Below are positions 30,771-40,783 of a stretch of 64,000 bases of DNA, piece by piece. The first letter of the stretch is position 1. Each line of letters opens with the position of its first letter. The DNA is from a bacterium. GTDB taxonomy: Bacteria; Omnitrophota; Gorgyraeia; Zapsychrales; Zapsychraceae. The DNA lies in NCBI GenBank assembly GCA_030429765.1, contig JAUIER010000003.1, positions 80,402 to 144,401 on the forward strand. The letters run 5' to 3'. The translations under genes and the position numbers were made by a program. The notes below the pieces were generated by a model that was not told where the DNA came from, did not search any database, and saw nothing but the letters and a program-made list of their open reading frames with translations.

Positions 30771-31751
30771 ATGAAAAAAACCGTTTTTAGCGCAATGCGT
30801 CCGACCGGTAAACTGCACTTGGGCCACCTGGTTGGTGCGTTGCATAACTGGACGGAACTTCAAAAATCTCACCAATGTATTTTTTCGATTGTGGACTGGC
30901 ACGCCTTGATGGGCGAGTACGAACAAAGCGCGGCCATTCGCGGTAATGTACTGGACATGGCGCTTGATTGGCTGGCCTGCGGCATCGATCCCAAGCAGTC
31001 GGTTATTTTTGTTCAGTCGGACGTACCCGAACATCTTGAACTTCAGATGATCTTTTCCTGCATCACCCCGCTGGGCTGGCTTGAGCGTAATCCCACATAT
31101 AAAGAGCAATTACGCGAGATTGAAAAGCGTGATCTTCAAACCTACGGCTTTCTGGGATATCCGGTGCTGCAGGCGGCGGACATTCTATTGTATAAAGCCA
31201 ATGCCGTGCCGATCGGCGAGGATCAATTGCCGCATCTGGAGCTGACCAGGGAGATCTCCCGCCGTTTTAATCACATTTTTAAGACCGAATTCTTCGAGGA
31301 TTGTGAGGCGATCCTGACACAGACACCGCGATTGCTAGGACTGGACGGCCGAAAAATGAGCAAAAGCTACAACAATGCCATCAACCTTAGTGATACGCCC
31401 GAGGAGATCCAGAAAAAGGTCAAGACCATGTTTACGGATCCCAAGCGTCTGCGGCTCAAGGACCCCGGTCATCCCGAGGACTGTAACGTATACAGTTATT
31501 ATAAAGTTTTTGCCCCGCAGCAGTGTGAGGCGGTATATAATTGGTGTACGGCCGCCGAGAAGGGATGCACGGACTGTAAGAAGATATTTGCTGATCATCT
31601 GATCGACCATCTCAGTGAAATAAGTGCAAAACGTGAAAGTCTCAGTAAGGATCGTGATACAATAAAGGATATTCTTCAGGAAGGCCGAAAAAAGGCGCAG
31701 GCGATTGCCCGCCAAACCATCGAAGAGGTCAAAGAGGTTATATTTGCATGA
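30771..31751 (+). CDS. trpS: Tryptophanyl-tRNA synthetase
   Basis: 326 aa. HIGH-type motif GKLHLGHLVG and KMSKS. Confidence 0.95.
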   Translation: MKKTVFSAMRPTGKLHLGHLVGALHNWTELQKSHQCIFSIVDWHALMGEYEQSAAIRGNVLDMALDWLACGIDPKQSVIFVQSDVPEHLELQMIFSCITPLGWLERNPTYKEQLREIEKRDLQTYGFLGYPVLQAADILLYKANAVPIGEDQLPHLELTREISRRFNHIFKTEFFEDCEAILTQTPRLLGLDGRKMSKSYNNAINLSDTPEEIQKKVKTMFTDPKRLRLKDPGHPEDCNVYSYYKVFAPQQCEAVYNWCTAAEKGCTDCKKIFADHLIDHLSEISAKRESLSKDRDTIKDILQEGRKKAQAIARQTIEEVKEVIFA

Positions 31752-32557
31752 GCTATAAACTAAGACTTGAGGTATTCGAAGGTCCGCTTGATCTTTTGCT
31801 TTATTTGATCAAGAAGAATGATATCGATATCAAGGACATCCCGATTGTGGAGGTCACCGAACAGTATATGGAGTATATCGATATGATGAAGATGCTGGAC
31901 CTGGATATCGTCGGCGATTTTCTGGTCATGGCAGCGACCTTGATCCAGATCAAGTCAAAGATGCTGTTACCGCCTGAGGTCTCCGAAGAGGATGAGGAAG
32001 AAATCGATCCGCGCGATGAGCTGGCCCGTCGACTACTGGAGTACAAAAGATTCAAGGAGATCGCCAATACGCTTGAAGAGCACGAGATTCATCGAAAAGA
32101 TTACTTTCCGCGCATTCTCGACGAGGAATCCCTGGATCAGATCAAGAAAGACTCGAAGGAGGTTATCTTTGAGGCCAATTTGTTTGATTTGATCAATGCC
32201 TTTTCCGAGGCTCTCAAACGTACGCCTGAAGAGATTATTCATGAGATTGTCCAGGAAGAGTTTACTGTCGAGGACAAGATACATTATATCCTGCACGAGC
32301 TGATCAATACGGAAGAGCTTTGCGTGAATCGTTTATTTGAGAAGTGCCGTTCCAAGCCGGAAATAATTGTTTCCTTTATCGCCGTACTTGAATTGATCCG
32401 GCTTAAGGAAATCAAGGTTTCCCAGAAGGATATTTTCGGTGACATCAATATCACCCGCAACAAAGAACCAATTGATCGGGATGCCGTGGCTCCCGAGCCT
32501 GAGCCCCAACCTGAAGCGTCAGTTGAGGGCGATCTCGAAGTCGAAGAGCAACTTTAA
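31748..32557 (+). CDS. scpA: Segregation and condensation protein A
   Basis: 269 aa. LEVFEGPLDLLLYLIKKNDIDIKDIPI is the typical ScpA N-terminus. Confidence 0.85.
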   Translation: MSYKLRLEVFEGPLDLLLYLIKKNDIDIKDIPIVEVTEQYMEYIDMMKMLDLDIVGDFLVMAATLIQIKSKMLLPPEVSEEDEEEIDPRDELARRLLEYKRFKEIANTLEEHEIHRKDYFPRILDEESLDQIKKDSKEVIFEANLFDLINAFSEALKRTPEEIIHEIVQEEFTVEDKIHYILHELINTEELCVNRLFEKCRSKPEIIVSFIAVLELIRLKEIKVSQKDIFGDINITRNKEPIDRDAVAPEPEPQPEASVEGDLEVEEQL

Positions 32558-32565
32558 AATATGTT

Positions 32566-33597
32566 ATGGACGAACATCGTAAAATCATTTTCAGCCAGGA
32601 AACCGAAGACGATGAAGTCTACAGTTTGTCACTGCGTCCCGCCTTACTTGATGACTTTGTAGGTCAGCAAGATCTCGTCGAGAATCTTAAAATATCTATA
32701 CAGGCCGCTAAACTGCGCGGCGAACCGCTGGAGCATTTATTGTTTTCCGGACCGCCGGGGCTGGGGAAGACCAGTCTGGCGAATATCGTCGCGAATGAAA
32801 TGGGATCGCGTATCACCGTTACATCGGGACCGGCGATTGACCGGGCGGGAGATTTGATCGGGATTCTGACGGGTTTGGAAAAGGGGGATATCTTATTTAT
32901 TGACGAGATCCATCGATTATCCAAGGTGGTGGAGGAATTTTTATACCCGGCGATGGAAAATTTCAAGATCGATTTTATTGTCGATAAAGGTCCGTACGCC
33001 AAGACCATAAATTTTAACCTCAAGCCGTTCACATTGATCGGGGCGACGACCCGTAGCGGATTGTTGGCCTCACCGCTAAGAGACCGCTTCGGGATCTTTC
33101 ATCACCTGGAGTTCTATAACACTGAAGAGTTGGGACGCATCGTGTCGCGTTCCGCCGAGAAACTGGGGATGGAGTTGACCGACGATGCATCGATTGAATT
33201 GGCGCAGCGCTCGCGCGGGACACCACGAATCGCTAATCGATTGCTGCGGCGGGTGCGGGATTATGCGCAGGTCAAAAGCAACAGCAGCTGTGCGACGCGT
33301 GAAACGGTTCATGAGTCCATGCGCACCCTGGGGATTGATCCCCGAGGACTGGATGACGCCGACCGCCGGCTGCTCAAGGTCATCAAAGAACATTACAAGG
33401 GCGGCCCCGTCGGTATTGAAACGTTGGCCGCGACCTTAAACGAAGAGGTGGATACGCTTGTCGATGTCATCGAGCCGTATCTGCTGAAGATTGGTTTTCT
33501 AAACCGAACTCCGCGTGGGCGAGAGCTCACCAGTTCTTCCCGCCAGCATATCGAGCAATCGAACCGTCCGGAACAATCTTTCAACGACATAGATTAG
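32566..33597 (+). CDS. ruvB: Holliday junction branch migration helicase RuvB
   Basis: 343 aa. Motifs: LRPALLDDFVGQ, Walker A GPPGLGKTSLA, DEIHRL, RGTPRIANRLLRR. Confidence 0.95.
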   Translation: MDEHRKIIFSQETEDDEVYSLSLRPALLDDFVGQQDLVENLKISIQAAKLRGEPLEHLLFSGPPGLGKTSLANIVANEMGSRITVTSGPAIDRAGDLIGILTGLEKGDILFIDEIHRLSKVVEEFLYPAMENFKIDFIVDKGPYAKTINFNLKPFTLIGATTRSGLLASPLRDRFGIFHHLEFYNTEELGRIVSRSAEKLGMELTDDASIELAQRSRGTPRIANRLLRRVRDYAQVKSNSSCATRETVHESMRTLGIDPRGLDDADRRLLKVIKEHYKGGPVGIETLAATLNEEVDTLVDVIEPYLLKIGFLNRTPRGRELTSSSRQHIEQSNRPEQSFNDID

Positions 33598-33609
33598 GAG
33601 AACGGGCTG

Positions 33610-33816
33610 ATGGCGCGAACATTGATCATCATCGGAATCGTGTTTATTGCTTTGGGGATTGTTGTGTCGATGCTGGGCCGTTTACCGGGACTCCCCAGGC
33701 TGCCGGGTGATATTTACATCAAGAAAGAGAACACGACCATTTATGTGCCGATCGTCAGCTGTCTGGTTTTGAGCTTAATCATTAATTTTATTCTGTATCT
33801 GATAAATTCAAAATGA
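33610..33816 (+). CDS. DUF2905-like small membrane protein
   Basis: 68 aa with two hydrophobic helices flanking LGRLPGLPRLPGDIYI, the motif I associate with DUF2905. Confidence 0.55.
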   Translation: MARTLIIIGIVFIALGIVVSMLGRLPGLPRLPGDIYIKKENTTIYVPIVSCLVLSLIINFILYLINSK

Positions 33817-34952
33817 AAAAAATATTGCTGATCATCCTAAGTTTATTATTGATTCCCTCGACGGGCATGGCGCGGGATGCGTTGATCCGGGTGGCCGTGC
33901 TTAAGGACGCGGAAACATTCGTTATATCAGTCCGAGGGGCGTATGAAATTATCGATTTAAATGACGGAGAGATTATTCAGACGGGACGACGGCTCAAACG
34001 TTCACAAGTTAAAAGGCATACCTCCGGATTGACGATTGGTAAGCAATTATTCATGACCGGGAAGTTGCGCATCATCACTCAGAAGGATATCACGATCTAT
34101 TCTAAACGAAAGCGCAAACAGTATCGCGGCGCGTTGGACATCCGGGTCCAGCCCGACGGTAAGCTGCTGGCGATCAATCGGCTGGATGTGGAATCATACG
34201 TCCGCGGTGTTTTGTATCATGAAATTTCGGATCGTTGGCCGATGGAGGCCACCAAGGCGCAGGCGGTGGCTACCCGAACATATGCCTTATACAAGATGGA
34301 AGAGAGCCGTGGTAAATTATTTGATGTCACGAGCGATATCTATTCTCAGGTGTATGGCGGAAAAAGTGCTGAACGTTTTCGCACGGACATCGCCGCCAAT
34401 TACACGGAAGGTGAGGTGATGATCTATCAAGGCAAGATCATTCCGGCGTTTTTTCATTCGAACAGCGGAGGTCATACCGAGGACGCGAATCAGGTGTGGG
34501 GGATCAATTCGCCGCCGCTGCGGGGGGTGGAGTCTCCCTTCAGCCGAGGGATGCCGCATTATACCTGGACGCGCAACTATCAATCTCGCGAGATCCAACA
34601 AAAGCTCAATGATGGCGGGATCAGCGTCGGGATGATTAAAGACATTAAAGTCGCCGAACGCACAGCCAGCGGTCGGGTCCGCGACCTGATCATCGAAGCC
34701 CGTGACGGTAAAAAAACGCGTATATCCGGTAAAAAGTTCAGAGATGTCGTCGGTCCGAACCTGATTAAGAGTAATATGTATGAAGTGCGGATGAAGGGGT
34801 ATTATTTTGACCTGGTCGGCCGCGGATGGGGCCACGGTGTCGGAATGTGTCAGTGGGGCGCACACAGCATGGCCCGCAAAAGGTACAATTATGAAGAGAT
34901 TCTCAATTATTATTATCCCGGCATGGAGATTGTCCGGGCGGATACTCGATAG
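33813..34952 (+). CDS. SpoIID/LytB-domain protein (lytic transglycosylase-like)
   Basis: 379 aa with a signal peptide. Motifs: AVATRTYALYK, FFHSNSGGHTEDANQVWG, GHGVGMCQWGA. Confidence 0.8.
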   Translation: MKKILLIILSLLLIPSTGMARDALIRVAVLKDAETFVISVRGAYEIIDLNDGEIIQTGRRLKRSQVKRHTSGLTIGKQLFMTGKLRIITQKDITIYSKRKRKQYRGALDIRVQPDGKLLAINRLDVESYVRGVLYHEISDRWPMEATKAQAVATRTYALYKMEESRGKLFDVTSDIYSQVYGGKSAERFRTDIAANYTEGEVMIYQGKIIPAFFHSNSGGHTEDANQVWGINSPPLRGVESPFSRGMPHYTWTRNYQSREIQQKLNDGGISVGMIKDIKVAERTASGRVRDLIIEARDGKKTRISGKKFRDVVGPNLIKSNMYEVRMKGYYFDLVGRGWGHGVGMCQWGAHSMARKRYNYEEILNYYYPGMEIVRADTR

Positions 34953-34957
34953 GTGAT

Positions 34958-35971
34958 ATGCGATTAAGTGATTTTCAATATGATTTGCCGGACGATTTGA
35001 TCGCGCAGTATCCACTGGAGCGACGGGAAGACGCGCGGCTGATGGTGTTGGACCGTGAACGTCAGACGATCACGCATGATGTCTTCCAGAATTTTGCGCA
35101 GCACATTCCCAAAGACGCTATGCTGGTCATGAATAACAGCCGGGTTGTCCACGCACGACTGAAAGGGCAACGGGCCGGCAGCGGCGGACAGATTGAAGTT
35201 TTTTTACTCAAGCGTGTGATTGACGATTATCATTACGAAGTATTGATGAAACCGATGAAGCGTTTAAAGAACGGTGACCGTATCGAATTTGCCGGCGATG
35301 CCAAGATTTTCGCTGAGATCATCGACCGTGAAGAGCGAATTGTGCGGTTTAACCGGAAGAACCTGGACCGATTTCTCAAGGATCACGGTCATATTCCGCT
35401 GCCGCCGTATATCAAACGTGCGGACGAAGCGATTGACCGCACCCATTATCAAACCGTTTACGCCAAACAGGCTGGTTCTGTCGCGGCGCCGACGGCGGGA
35501 TTGCATTTTAGTAAAGCGGGATTGGAGCTTTTAAAAAAGAAGGGGCACGAGCTTAAGGAAGTGACGCTGCACATTAATTACGGAACATTCAAACCCGTTG
35601 AGGTCAATGACATCCGCCAGCATCAGATGCACACGGAAAGTTATTGCATTGAGCCGAATGTGTATGAAGATATTGTCGAGCAGCGTCAGGGAAACGGGCG
35701 GATCCTCGCCGTGGGGACGACAAGCGCCCGGGTCCTGGAGTCCGTGGCGCGCAGTGAAACGCTGCAAGGCGACACGGATATCTTTATGTATCCCGGATTT
35801 GACTTCAAGCTGGTCGACACATTACTCACAAATTTTCATCTACCCGGCAGTACATTGCTGATGCTGGTCAGCGCGTTCGGCGGGATGGACCTGATCCGTG
35901 ACGCCTATCGAGAGGCGGTGAAGGAACGGTATCGATTTTTCAGTTACGGCGACGCTATGTTAATCAAATAG
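34958..35971 (+). CDS. queA: S-adenosylmethionine:tRNA ribosyltransferase-isomerase
   Basis: 337 aa. Motifs: LSDFQYDLPDDLIAQYPLERRE, GSVAAPTAGLHF, FFSYGDAMLI. Confidence 0.95.
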   Translation: MRLSDFQYDLPDDLIAQYPLERREDARLMVLDRERQTITHDVFQNFAQHIPKDAMLVMNNSRVVHARLKGQRAGSGGQIEVFLLKRVIDDYHYEVLMKPMKRLKNGDRIEFAGDAKIFAEIIDREERIVRFNRKNLDRFLKDHGHIPLPPYIKRADEAIDRTHYQTVYAKQAGSVAAPTAGLHFSKAGLELLKKKGHELKEVTLHINYGTFKPVEVNDIRQHQMHTESYCIEPNVYEDIVEQRQGNGRILAVGTTSARVLESVARSETLQGDTDIFMYPGFDFKLVDTLLTNFHLPGSTLLMLVSAFGGMDLIRDAYREAVKERYRFFSYGDAMLIK

Positions 35972-35983
35972 GATTCAAAATTT

Positions 35984-37114
35984 ATGTACAAATTGATCAA
36001 GACCGACAAACACAGTAAAGCGCGTTTGGGAACGATTCAGACGGCGCACGGAGAGATTCAGACACCGTTCTTTATGCCCGTCGGGACCAACGGGACGGTC
36101 AAGTCATTGACATTCAGTGATCTGAATTCGATAGGGGCTCAGTTGATGTTGTCTAACACCTATCATCTTAATCTTCGCCCGGGAATGAAGATTCTCGAGA
36201 AGGCCGGAGGGCTGCACAATTTTTCAGGTTGGCACAAACCGATCCTCACCGATAGCGGCGGATATCAGGTGTTCAGCCTGGCCAAGCTGCGCAAGATGAG
36301 TGACGACGGCGTGGAGTTCCGTTCGCATCTCGACGGATCCAAACATTATCTGACACCCGAAAGTGTGATGGAAATCGAAAAGACGATTGGTTCAGACATG
36401 GTGATGCCGCTCGATGAATGCGCGCCGTATCCGTGTTCGTATGAGGATGCCGAAAAGTCGGTGGAGCGGACCACGGCCTGGGCCCGTCGAAGTAAAGATC
36501 ATTTTTATGACACTAAAATGACTGAGAATCAAAAGCTCTTCGGGATTATTCAAGGGTCAATTTACGAAGATCTGCGCGAACGATCCGCGAAGGAGTTATT
36601 GGAGATCGGTTTTGACGGATATGCGATAGGCGGGGTCAGCGTGGGGGAGACGGTGAAGGAAATGTTTGATGCGTTACGATGGGTGGAACCATTGCTGCCG
36701 TCGGACAAACCGCGTTATTTTATGGGTATCGGTTATCCCGATCAGATTGTGAAAGCCGTGGGTGAAGGTATCGATATGTTTGATTGCGTGTTGCCGACGC
36801 GTTTCGGCCGGCATGCCACGGCGTTCACTCGGCGGGGACGAGTTGTCGTCAAGAATGCTCAATACGCGGAAGATTTTTCACCTTTGGATCCCGATCGGGA
36901 TATCCCGTTTTGTCAGGAATATTCCAAGGCGTATCTCCGGCATTTGGCGATGCAGGGCGAGATTACGGCGCTGCACGTGATATCGTATGCGAATGTTCAT
37001 TTTTATGTTAATCTAATGCATCAGATGCGCGAGGCGATTAAAGAGGATCGTTTTGTGGAGTTTGAACGGGAGTTCCTGGAAGAATTTAATTCGGAGTTAA
37101 GGCATGCGATTTGA
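35984..37114 (+). CDS. tgt: Queuine tRNA-ribosyltransferase
   Basis: 376 aa. Motifs: TPFFMPVGT, ILTDSGGYQVFSL, GYAIGG. Confidence 0.95.
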   Translation: MYKLIKTDKHSKARLGTIQTAHGEIQTPFFMPVGTNGTVKSLTFSDLNSIGAQLMLSNTYHLNLRPGMKILEKAGGLHNFSGWHKPILTDSGGYQVFSLAKLRKMSDDGVEFRSHLDGSKHYLTPESVMEIEKTIGSDMVMPLDECAPYPCSYEDAEKSVERTTAWARRSKDHFYDTKMTENQKLFGIIQGSIYEDLRERSAKELLEIGFDGYAIGGVSVGETVKEMFDALRWVEPLLPSDKPRYFMGIGYPDQIVKAVGEGIDMFDCVLPTRFGRHATAFTRRGRVVVKNAQYAEDFSPLDPDRDIPFCQEYSKAYLRHLAMQGEITALHVISYANVHFYVNLMHQMREAIKEDRFVEFEREFLEEFNSELRHAI

Positions 37115-37784
37115 TGTGATAACGATTTTTCCCAATGTGATTGAACCGATGGTCAACGAGTCTATTCTCAAACGGGCCCAGGACAAAAAGTTGGTCAAGA
37201 TTCAGGCGCACGACCTGCGGGATTACACGGAGGACAAGCATCGCAAGGTGGATGACCGTCCGTTCGGGGGAGGGCCGGGCATGGTGATGTGCTGTCAGCC
37301 GATTTTCGACGCGGTCAAGAAGATCCGGGGGCGTCGCAAGGCCCATGTGGTCATGACCTGTCCGCGCGGCAAGACTTTGACGCAAAAGCGGGCAAAGCGG
37401 TTGACAAAGCATAAAAATATTATTATTATATGCGGTCATTACGAGGGAATCGATGAGCGGATCTATGACGAGCTGGTCGATGAGAGCGTTTCCATTGGTG
37501 ACTATGTCCTGACCGGAGGCGAGATTCCGGCTTTGGTCATTATGGATGCCGTAACTCGTTTAATACCAGGCGTTTTGGGGAAGGAAGAGTCCCTGGATTC
37601 AGAGTCGTTTGACCAGAATCGGCTCGATTTTCCACAATATACCCGCCCGGCAGATTTTCGTGGTAAAAAAGTACCGGATGTGCTATTATCTGGGCATCAT
37701 AAAGAGGTTGAACAGTGGCGAAAAGCTCAGGCATTGGCCCTAACGAAGAAGCATCGTCCTGATTTATTGAAAGATTCAAAATAG
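37104..37784 (+). CDS. trmD: tRNA (guanine37-N1)-methyltransferase
   Basis: 226 aa. Motifs: FDVITIFP, DDRPFGGGPGMVM, CGHYEGIDERI, SIGDYVLTGGE. Confidence 0.95.
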   Translation: MRFDVITIFPNVIEPMVNESILKRAQDKKLVKIQAHDLRDYTEDKHRKVDDRPFGGGPGMVMCCQPIFDAVKKIRGRRKAHVVMTCPRGKTLTQKRAKRLTKHKNIIIICGHYEGIDERIYDELVDESVSIGDYVLTGGEIPALVIMDAVTRLIPGVLGKEESLDSESFDQNRLDFPQYTRPADFRGKKVPDVLLSGHHKEVEQWRKAQALALTKKHRPDLLKDSK

Positions 37785-37805
37785 AATGGTATTGGAGGAA
37801 GGCAA

Positions 37806-38168
37806 ATGGCCACTAACATTGGAGCAACATTAAGCAATATCGAAGCAAAATATCTCAAGCAGGATATGCCTGACTTTGATGTTGGTGATACGGTAAAAAT
37901 GCGTATCAAAGTACAAGAGGCGGACAAGGTTCGCGTCCACCCGTTTGAAGGAACGATTATCCGGAAAACCGGTCGCGGATTGAACGGAACATTTACGGTC
38001 CGTAAAATTTCTTATGGTGAAGGCGTTGAAAAGATGTTTCCACTGCATTCACCGGTGATTGAAAATCTTTCGGTCACGAGTAAAGGGATCGTCAAGCGGG
38101 CGAAACTTTACTATCTTCGAGATCGCGTTGGTAAAAAAGCGCGTGTTAAGCGGCAACAAACTCAGTAA
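37806..38168 (+). CDS. rplS: 50S ribosomal protein L19
   Basis: 120 aa. Motifs: PDFDVGDTVKM, FEGTIIRK, FTVRKISYGEGVE. It follows trmD as usual. Confidence 0.95.
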   Translation: MATNIGATLSNIEAKYLKQDMPDFDVGDTVKMRIKVQEADKVRVHPFEGTIIRKTGRGLNGTFTVRKISYGEGVEKMFPLHSPVIENLSVTSKGIVKRAKLYYLRDRVGKKARVKRQQTQ

Positions 38169-38201
38169 GTCGCTGATTTTCTCACACTGATCATATTTCA
38201 G

Positions 38202-38235
38202 CATCAAGGGTTTCCCGTCCGGGAGATCCTTGATG
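38202..38235 (+). terminator. Stem-loop after rplS (terminator-like, no U-tract)
   Basis: CATCAAGG ... CCTTGATG forms an 8-bp outer stem with an inner TCCCG/CGGGA pairing. The following sequence is CGACCATCC, with no T-run, so its function is uncertain. Confidence 0.35.
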
Positions 38236-38278
38236 CGACCATCCAAATCAGCATTTCAATTGACAATTTAATGTCTTC

Positions 38279-38902
38279 ATGATCAATTTCGAACAATCTA
38301 TTTTGAACGAAGGATACCGGTTTATCGTCGGCGTGGACGAAGCCGGCCGAGGTCCTTTAGCCGGGCCCGTCGTGGCGGCGGCTGTTGCGGTCAAAGACTA
38401 TGACTTTTCGTCGAGGATTGCTGATTCAAAAAAGATGACACCCCGTCAGCGTCAGCTGGCCTTCGTTGAGATTTATGACAAGGCGTACGTCGGTGTCGGG
38501 ATCATCAATGAAGTGGTGATCGATCGGGACAATATCCTCGAGGCGACATACATGGCGATGACCAATGCCATTCATCAGGTCGTGGCGTCGTTGCCGGAAG
38601 CCATGAATTCGCAGGCGGTCTTGCAGTCGCAGATGTGTTTGCTGATCGACGGCAACCGTTTCAAGAGCGATCTGCCATACCCGTATCGGACGGTGATCAA
38701 AGGCGACAGCAAAGCCTTCAGTATCGCCTGCGCCTCGATTGTGGCCAAGGTGATTCGCGACCGCATCTTATTGACATATGACAAGATTTTTCCCGAATAC
38801 GGGTTTAAACAGCATAAAGGATATCCGACGGCCAAACACAAAGAGGCGATCCGGAACCATGGTCCTTCGCTGATCCATCGACAAACTTTCATTCATTTAT
38901 GA
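38279..38902 (+). CDS. rnhB: Ribonuclease HII
   Basis: 207 aa. Motifs: GVDEAGRGPLAGPVV, DSKKM, GYPT. Confidence 0.9.
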   Translation: MINFEQSILNEGYRFIVGVDEAGRGPLAGPVVAAAVAVKDYDFSSRIADSKKMTPRQRQLAFVEIYDKAYVGVGIINEVVIDRDNILEATYMAMTNAIHQVVASLPEAMNSQAVLQSQMCLLIDGNRFKSDLPYPYRTVIKGDSKAFSIACASIVAKVIRDRILLTYDKIFPEYGFKQHKGYPTAKHKEAIRNHGPSLIHRQTFIHL

Positions 38903-39273
38903 CACAGGACATTGATCAATCTAATCTAGGCGCGGTGGGCGAGCAGCTGGCGGTTGAGCATCTCGAGCGCGAAGGATATCAGATTATCAAGCGCAATTAC
39001 CGACATCCGATCGGTGAGATCGATATCATCGCTTTGCAGGACGGGGTGATCTGTTTTGTCGAGGTAAAGATGCGGGCCAATACCGATCAGGGCCACCCGA
39101 TTGAATCAATCACACCTTTAAAGCAACGGAAGATCAGCCGGACGGCGCTGGCCTATCTGCAGGAGCAAGAGGCGACGGAGCGGCCATGCCGTTTCGACGT
39201 GGTTTCTATCCTGTATGAATGGGGTGATTACCAGATCGAACTATGCACGAATGCCTTTGAAAGCGTCTATTAG
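38899..39273 (+). CDS. yraN: YraN-family endonuclease (UPF0102)
   Basis: 124 aa. GEIDIIA...VCFVEVKMR and the C-terminal RFDVVSI pattern. ATGA overlap with rnhB. Confidence 0.8.
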   Translation: MTQDIDQSNLGAVGEQLAVEHLEREGYQIIKRNYRHPIGEIDIIALQDGVICFVEVKMRANTDQGHPIESITPLKQRKISRTALAYLQEQEATERPCRFDVVSILYEWGDYQIELCTNAFESVY

Positions 39274-39300
39274 CGTGGATCCAAATATTGGATGAAAGGA

Positions 39301-39329
39301 TTGAAAACAAAATTTCTTTGGGGTATCAT
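39301..39329 (+). promoter_or_regulatory. Sigma70-like promoter candidate
   Basis: TTGAAA (39301-39306), a 17-nt spacer, then TATCAT (39324-39329), located in the 133-nt gap upstream of the ORF starting at 39407. Confidence 0.4.
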
Positions 39330-39406
39330 AAACTATACTTTCGGGCGGAAAATCATTTCATAAAACATCATTTCCCAGCTTCATTGTCGAATCATTTTCA
39401 ACAGTC

Positions 39407-39892
39407 ATGGCGAAGCGTTTAAAAAATCACACGTTAGACCAGTATCTTGATGTCTTATCGCAGAAACGGCCAACGCCCGGAGGCGGTTCCGCGGCGGCAT
39501 TGACCGGGGCCTGCGGCGCGGCTCTGCTCTCGATGGTGGCAAATTATTCGTTGGGTAAGTCTGATTCCCAGGCCGTTGAACGGCGGCTGCAGTCGAACCT
39601 GAAAAAATCAGAGGAGATCCGGCAGCGTTTAACTGAATTGGTTGATCTGGACGCCGATGCGTATATGAAGGTGGTCAAGGCTCGTAAGGGCACCAAGGCC
39701 GAACAGCGCGCCGCTCAGCGGGCGGCCGAAAAAGTGCCGCTTGAGGTCGGGCGACTGTGCTACAAAGCGGTGCAGTTAGCACCTTATCTTGTTGAAAAAG
39801 GTAACAAATATCTCATCGCTGACGTTGAAATCGCGGTCGAAATGCTGGCCAGTGCGTACAAGTCAGCCTTAATCCTACAGGACCAATCATAA
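39407..39892 (+). CDS. Cyclodeaminase/cyclohydrolase-family protein (FTCD C-terminal domain-like, FchA-like)
   Basis: 161 aa, predicted all-helical. The PTPGGGSAAALTGA motif is typical of this family. It lies directly upstream of folD. Confidence 0.65.
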   Translation: MAKRLKNHTLDQYLDVLSQKRPTPGGGSAAALTGACGAALLSMVANYSLGKSDSQAVERRLQSNLKKSEEIRQRLTELVDLDADAYMKVVKARKGTKAEQRAAQRAAEKVPLEVGRLCYKAVQLAPYLVEKGNKYLIADVEIAVEMLASAYKSALILQDQS

Positions 39893-39894
39893 AG

Positions 39895-40761
39895 ATGAAA
39901 ACTATGGCAAAACTTCTGGATGGAAAACAACTGGCGCAGGCGATCAAAGATGATCTAACGCAGCAAGTGGCCGAGATGAAATCCCGGCTCAACAAGGTGC
40001 CGCGGCTGGTCAATGTGATGATCGGTCATGACAGCGGCTCATGCGCGTATGCCAACTCTCAAAAACGCGTCGCCGAGCAGATCGGCATTGAGTACGAACT
40101 AAAGAATTTTCCTGAGACCATTTCGCAGCAGGATTTCCGCCAGGCAATTATTGATCTCAACAAAGATCCCGACGTCAACGGCATTATGTTACACAAGCCG
40201 GTGCCAAAGCATATTGACTATCATACAGTCGCAAATTTGGTGGGCATCGAAAAGGATCTGGAAGGGATTAATGTCGCCAACATTGGAAAGATGCTGCTAG
40301 GTGAGACCAATATTATTCCATGCACGCCGCAGGCCGTCATGGAACACATCCGTTCGACAGGAGTGTCGATCCGCGGGAAAGAGGCCGTGATTGTCGGCGC
40401 CAGCGGTATCGTCGGCAAGCCGTTGAGTATTCTGCTTGTGGAACAGCTGGCCACCGTGACTGTATGTCATATTGCCACCAGCGAGGCCGGCCGTTTGCAG
40501 GAACATGTCGGACGTGCGGATATTTTGATTGTGGCGGTAGGCAAGGCGCGATTGATTCCGGGCAGCTGGATCAAACCCGGCGCGATTGTCATCGATGTCG
40601 GTATCAACCGGGTGGACGGAAAGATCGTTGGGGATGTGGATTTTGACAGTGCCCAGGAACAGGCGTCGTTTATCACACCGGTTCCCGGTGGAGTCGGGCC
40701 GGTGACCGTTGTCATGCTGATGAAAAATGGGGTTGAGGCGTTCAAGTTACAAAACTCATAG
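39895..40761 (+). CDS. folD: Bifunctional methylenetetrahydrofolate dehydrogenase/methenyl-THF cyclohydrolase
   Basis: 288 aa. Motifs: LDGKQLAQ, IIPCTPQAV, VIVGASGIVGKPL, TPVPGGVGPVT. Confidence 0.95.
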   Translation: MKTMAKLLDGKQLAQAIKDDLTQQVAEMKSRLNKVPRLVNVMIGHDSGSCAYANSQKRVAEQIGIEYELKNFPETISQQDFRQAIIDLNKDPDVNGIMLHKPVPKHIDYHTVANLVGIEKDLEGINVANIGKMLLGETNIIPCTPQAVMEHIRSTGVSIRGKEAVIVGASGIVGKPLSILLVEQLATVTVCHIATSEAGRLQEHVGRADILIVAVGKARLIPGSWIKPGAIVIDVGINRVDGKIVGDVDFDSAQEQASFITPVPGGVGPVTVVMLMKNGVEAFKLQNS

Positions 40762-40783
40762 ATGATCAGGGGATATAAGCTTC

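Noticed and set aside
38260-38265. A perfect TTGACA hexamer just upstream of rnhB, considered as a promoter -35 element.
   Set aside because: No acceptable -10 hexamer lies 16-18 nt downstream. That position falls inside the rnhB start region and reads TCAATT. It was therefore not annotated.
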